Below, in pieces: positions 7,870-11,409 of a DNA stretch of 11,409 bases (the first letter of the stretch is position 1; every line of letters begins with the position of its first letter). Both the position numbers and the translations under genes were made by a program. The notes beneath the pieces were generated by a model. That model did not search any database. It was not told the origin of the DNA and saw only the letters and a list, made by a program, of their open reading frames with translations. This DNA is from Thermoproteota archaeon. GTDB lineage: Archaea; Korarchaeota; Korarchaeia; Korarchaeales; Korarchaeaceae. The stretch spans positions 1 through 11,409 of the forward strand of contig JAOZFI010000027.1 in NCBI GenBank assembly GCA_027491395.1, read 5' to 3'.

Positions 7870-8373
7870 ATTAAAAAAGCAGTCAGCCCAGGCGTTTCTT
7901 GGATTCAGAGTACCGCTGCACGAGGCTTCAGCCACCGTAGAGCGAATAAAAGGGATGAATCCACCGTGAAGATGTCCATAATCGTGATATGATCAGAGAA
8001 GCTCTAAAGGAAAGTTCTGAAGCCCGCATCCACGTGTGGGCTTTCCTCTGTTTCTTACCGGTTAGGAGGTTCGTGGACATGCTTTTGGATCCCGCTTCAG
8101 TCATAGGGGGTGCGGCTTAGGGTGGTCAACCCAGTCGGCAGGTAGAGGTTCGAGGCAGCGGTAGCGGAATGTTGTGAGCTCCTGTACTCAAATTCTAATA
8201 GACAGTCCCGCCGTATGCCTCGTAACTTGGCGCTTCAGCGTCACAAGCGCTTTGAATGGAGGCTCAGGCGAATCCTCTACAACTTCGCAGCCACACCAAG
8301 AGGGGCCGCTTGCATCAGCCCGGTGGCTGAAAACGCTACCAACGGTCAATGTGGGCCTTAATTTAACAGCACA
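7870..8373 (+). mobile_element. Degenerate IS6-family transposase relic with right terminal repeat
   Basis: Ordered fragments on +: SWIQ (7897-7908), DESTVK (7954-7971), IHVWAF (8028-8045), ILID (8192-8203), WRLRRILYNF (8257-8286), ARWLK (8318-8332), then GLNLTA running into the TIR-like CCTTAATTTAACAGCACA (8356-8373). This matches the archaeal IS6 order 'KWIQ..DETxxK..YVWAA..xLVD..LKxRxxRFYNNF..WL..LxLT'. Confidence 0.6.
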
Positions 8374-8451
8374 AACTACGAAGTATCAAGAATTGAAAGA
8401 GAAGTCTTAGATTAAGGGCTCCCGCCGCAGATAAGTGAGGGAGACAGCTTG

Positions 8452-8787
8452 TTAACAACACACCTTAATCCAGTATCTTTTGGCGTCTTCTATTAGGACG
8501 CCTCCTCTAGCCAGCTCCTCCGGAGTTAGGGGAATAACCTCAAGGGGAGGGGAAATCCTAAGCTTCCAAGCTATCTCGTTCACTAAGTCAAGTCTCTCCG
8601 TGAACCTCATGTCTCTAAAGTCCTTAGAAACGACTATTAGGTCTATATCACTCAACTTAAGCCAGTCTCCTCTGGCATAGCTGCCGAAGAGGTAGGCTTC
8701 CTCCACCTCCACTACCTTCCTAAGCTCAGAAATGAAGGCCTTCACCGACCTAATCACCCTCTCTGGCACTGATGTAGCTTTCGACAT
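8452..8787 (-). CDS. Minimal nucleotidyltransferase (MNT) domain protein
   Basis: 111 aa with an exact GSX10DXD motif: LFGSYARGDWLKLSDIDLIVV. Overlaps the upstream HEPN gene by 38 bp. Confidence 0.92.
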   Translation of the reverse strand: MSKATSVPERVIRSVKAFISELRKVVEVEEAYLFGSYARGDWLKLSDIDLIVVSKDFRDMRFTERLDLVNEIAWKLRISPPLEVIPLTPEELARGGVLIEDAKRYWIKVCC

Positions 8788-9160
8788 AACTAACCACCTC
8801 TTCAGCTATTTTAACAGCCCTATCAGCTTCTTCTTCATCTACTGACTCACTAGGAAGTCCATTAGCTGCGTCTGGATATCTAGTCACGGTATAATACTTG
8901 TTTAACACATAAAGGGACCTTTCGAGGCGTTCTGGTAGGGAGAAACCGGCCTCATTTAACAGCCTGTAGAGCTCGGTGACCGTATGCAGGTGAGGGGGGT
9001 TCTCCCTTCTAACTACGAAGAATAACGCTTTAAACGATTTTTCTACGGCTTGCTGAGAGAAAAAAGCTGCTCTAAAGTAACGTTTTAGGTTGAGCATCGT
9101 CTTAGCGTCTTTAAGGTCTTCCAAGGACATTCCTAGCCAAAGTCGAACCTCACGCCTCAC
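8750..9160 (-). CDS. HEPN domain protein (COG2250-like), partner of the MNT
   Basis: 136 aa, all-helical. Motifs 'EDLKDA', 'AAFFSQQAVEKSFKA', 'PPHLHTV', 'YTVTRYPD', 'EEEADRAVKIAEEV'. GGTGA RBS upstream of GTG 9160. Confidence 0.92.
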   Translation of the reverse strand: MRREVRLWLGMSLEDLKDAKTMLNLKRYFRAAFFSQQAVEKSFKALFFVVRRENPPHLHTVTELYRLLNEAGFSLPERLERSLYVLNKYYTVTRYPDAANGLPSESVDEEEADRAVKIAEEVVSYVESYISAREGD

Positions 9161-9180
9161 GTGGCTTCACCCTGGCATAG

Positions 9181-9197
9181 GTTATAAGATATATCAC
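9181..9197 (-). promoter_or_regulatory. Putative TATA box of the HEPN-MNT operon
   Basis: Minus strand GTGATATATCTTATAAC, 21-37 bp upstream of the GTG start. Confidence 0.45.
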
Positions 9198-9366
9198 GAA
9201 AGGTCAGGGTGCAAACCATTAGGGACTCTTTACCGAACTTTTACCACGGCTGCTGTAGCTTTGCATTGAAGTAGGGATGTTAAAACGAATAAAAGCCCCC
9301 AGTTGCTCAGTGATATGCCTTATCATCGCCACAATCTCTTTTTAGGTTAATACAGGCCCGTACAGA

Positions 9367-9384
9367 ACGCTGTCACTTAAGCCC
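9367..9384. mobile_element. Possible isolated IS6-like terminal repeat
   Basis: Reverse complement GGGCTTAAGTGACAGCGT resembles the ends at 312-329 and 8353-8373, allowing a 1-nt deletion. No recognisable transposase remains. Confidence 0.3.
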
Positions 9385-9446
9385 CATGCTTCCACGTCAT
9401 ACCTCTGAAGCGGCGGAATCATGGCTCACTTATATGGCTCCCAGGA

Positions 9447-9497
9447 GAACTTTTAGTACTGTAAGAAATTAAATACTTATTTATGTTCAATTTACAG
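9447..9497 (+). promoter_or_regulatory. AT-rich promoter and palindromic site upstream of the hydrolase fusion gene
   Basis: GAACTTTTAGTA followed by nested inverted repeats CTGTAA...TTACAG (9459-9497) and TAAATA-CT-TATTTA (9470-9483). Confidence 0.45.
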
Positions 9498-9526
9498 GGA
9501 GGACTAGCTCCCGATAGGGAAGTGGG

Positions 9527-11392
9527 ATGTTGTATAGTAGGTCAGCCCTTCTCCTGCTAATCGCCCTCGCCGTCGTGGCTATAGCCCTAGTTGGGTACCT
9601 TTATCAGGGGAATGTTGAGACAAACTCGCCTGTGAACACCCACACGTCCACTGGGACCTCTACAAGATCCAGGAAGCTCGCTAGGGGCGATGAGGCTGTA
9701 GCCAAGATCCCCCACATCTATCACAAGCCCTCCAACTGGAATGGAAGGTGCATAATCTTCGTCCACGGGCTGGGGGGTAGTAAGGAGAAGTGGTTGAAGG
9801 ACATGGAGGCCTTCGAGAAGGAGGGTTTTTGCACGTTTGCCTTCGACCTTCCTATGCATGGAGAGAGGGGATCCCTGAAAGATCCAAGGAAGGTGGCACT
9901 CGTCATAAGAAAGGGATCTGATGAGGTCGTGTTGATCTCCAAGTTCCTGAAGCGGGAAGGTGCGAAGGGGGTTTACCTGGTGGCGAGGAGCCTGGGCAGC
10001 ATAGTCTCAGGGGTGGCTTTGGGGAAGGGAGCTGCCGTGGATAAGGCCGAACTCCTGCTTGCGGCCGCCAACCTGAGTTACGTGAGGGAGCACGGGAAGG
10101 TGGGAAGGGCATCCTTGCCTCAAGATGAGGGGGTACTCACACAGATAGACCCCCTATACTTCCTGCCCAATTACGAAGGGGAGGTGCACTTCCACTGCGG
10201 GAGGCACGACGACCTGCTCACCCCCTTGGCCTGTGAGTTCGCATACGAGGCTGCCACTTCAGCTAGGGAGAGGAGGATCTTCTGGCACGATACGGGGCAC
10301 GAGATGCCCCTGGAGGAGTACTTCGAGGAGGCCCTCTCCTTCTTCACCTCATCAGAAGGGCTGGGCAGTAGCTCCCTACTTGACACGGTAGAAATCCCAG
10401 ACACCTGCGGCAACGGGGTGTGCGAATCCTTCGAATCCTGGGAGTCCTGTCCATTCGACTGCAGGAGGGAAGTGCTGCTCGTGGGCTTCCAGCTGCACAT
10501 AGAGGAGGTGGTTAAGGTCGGCGTTAAGAGGCCCTACTACGATCAGGATGAAGAGGTCTTCAACATGTACGCTGATGCGCTCGACGCCTTAGCTAGAAAG
10601 TTCGAGGAGCACGGGGCCAAGTTATCCATTCAGCCGGAGAAGAACTTTGCGTGGGGCGATGTCAAGTTCGGCAGGTACGTCCTTAAGGAGTTGATGAGGA
10701 GGGGGCATGGGATAGGTGTGCAGAGCCACCTGGGCCATCACATGGAGGAGCTCGGGCTGAACACCGATGAAGCCAGGCTCCAGTACAATAGGGAAGTGAA
10801 GGTAGCGGTTGCGGAGGCTATAGGGAGGGAGCCCACTAACATAGGTGCAGGATTCGATCTGGAGAACGTGAACCTGCTGGGGGCGTGCGAAGGTTGCTTG
10901 GGATTCACGAGCATGACCTCTGTGGAGAAGCCTTACTACAGGGCAACGCATCAACCACCCCAATGGTTGCACCCCTGGATACTCCCGCCGGTATCGATGC
11001 TCGACCTAAGAAGCGAGGAGTGGCAGAGGCACGATCCCTCGGGCTCTATAGTGTACCTGCCGGGGTGGTACCAGAGCAGGGAGTTCGAAGTTGACTGCAG
11101 GAGGAATGCCAGGTGCTTTGAAGCGGCGACCGAGAGCCTCATGAGGGCCCTCTCTGACATGGACGCTGACCACATTAACGTTTGGTGGGCCAGCTCGCAC
11201 CTCTACCAGACTGGCACCGGAGAAGAGCTTGAGAGAGTTCTTCAGGCCTATGAAAGGTGGTTCACCGAAGTGGTTGACCCCCTAGTTAGGCAGGGGAAGG
11301 TCATGTGGATGACGTTCGATGAGATGACCCGGCTCTACCTCAAGTGGGAGAAGGCCAGGCAGAGGTACGAGCGAGAATTTTCAAGGCATTGA
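9527..11392 (+). CDS. Membrane-anchored alpha/beta-hydrolase fused via a Cys-rich motif to a putative CE4/NodB-like (polysaccharide deacetylase-like) domain
   Basis: N-terminal TM. Hydrolase motifs: FVHGLGG, FDLPMHGER, nucleophile elbow ARSLG (Ser155), GRHDDL (Asp228/229), TGHEM (His258). Linker CGNGVCE..E...SCP.DC (aa 294-312). C-terminal barrel-like motifs FQLHIEE, FEEHGAKLSIQ, LMRRGHGIGVQSH, WWASSH, WMTFDE. Confidence 0.8.
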   Translation: MLYSRSALLLLIALAVVAIALVGYLYQGNVETNSPVNTHTSTGTSTRSRKLARGDEAVAKIPHIYHKPSNWNGRCIIFVHGLGGSKEKWLKDMEAFEKEGFCTFAFDLPMHGERGSLKDPRKVALVIRKGSDEVVLISKFLKREGAKGVYLVARSLGSIVSGVALGKGAAVDKAELLLAAANLSYVREHGKVGRASLPQDEGVLTQIDPLYFLPNYEGEVHFHCGRHDDLLTPLACEFAYEAATSARERRIFWHDTGHEMPLEEYFEEALSFFTSSEGLGSSSLLDTVEIPDTCGNGVCESFESWESCPFDCRREVLLVGFQLHIEEVVKVGVKRPYYDQDEEVFNMYADALDALARKFEEHGAKLSIQPEKNFAWGDVKFGRYVLKELMRRGHGIGVQSHLGHHMEELGLNTDEARLQYNREVKVAVAEAIGREPTNIGAGFDLENVNLLGACEGCLGFTSMTSVEKPYYRATHQPPQWLHPWILPPVSMLDLRSEEWQRHDPSGSIVYLPGWYQSREFEVDCRRNARCFEAATESLMRALSDMDADHINVWWASSHLYQTGTGEELERVLQAYERWFTEVVDPLVRQGKVMWMTFDEMTRLYLKWEKARQRYEREFSRH

Positions 11393-11409
11393 CTCGGCTA
11401 GCACCTCCA

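Noticed and set aside
8370-8399. CRISPR-repeat-like end ...CAAGAATTGAAAG (also ATGGAGTTGAAG near 250-261 and TTCCAATAGAACCTGAAAC near 4741-4759)
   Set aside because: Each occurs once, they do not match each other, and there is no repeat-spacer periodicity and no cas gene.
7759-8410. ORFs 7759-7992 and 8174-8410 as real genes
   Set aside because: Better explained as residual frames of the IS6 transposase relic.
3410-11200. Remaining short ORFs nested in or antisense to the MFS, surface-protein, MNT and hydrolase genes
   Set aside because: They fully overlap well-supported CDSs and have no independent motifs or expression signals.

Overview
Accessory or plasticity region, most likely from a thermophilic archaeon. 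This is an inference from AGG/ATA-rich codons, TATA boxes about 25-35 bp upstream of starts, GGTGA-type RBSs and the gene families present. Intact genes: a VapBC pair (459-1117, -); an RHH antitoxin (2931-3170, -); an MFS transporter; a two-gene cell-surface operon (a membrane-anchored beta-rich protein plus a DNRLRE/CBM96-like, S/T-rich, Ig-like, C-terminally anchored protein); a HEPN-MNT pair; and a 621-aa membrane-anchored fusion of an alpha/beta-hydrolase, a Cys-rich microdomain and a CE4/NodB-like barrel. The 'intergenic' DNA is mostly decayed genes missed by the ORF track: a frameshifted VapC next to the intact antitoxin, a metallophosphoesterase relic, a HEPN C-terminal relic, and two or three IS6-like relics with related terminal repeats. 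No tRNA, rRNA or CRISPR array is supported. The best candidate for an undescribed system is the set of surface-anchored proteins, especially the hydrolase/deacetylase-like fusion. All family calls come from motif recognition by eye, not database searches.
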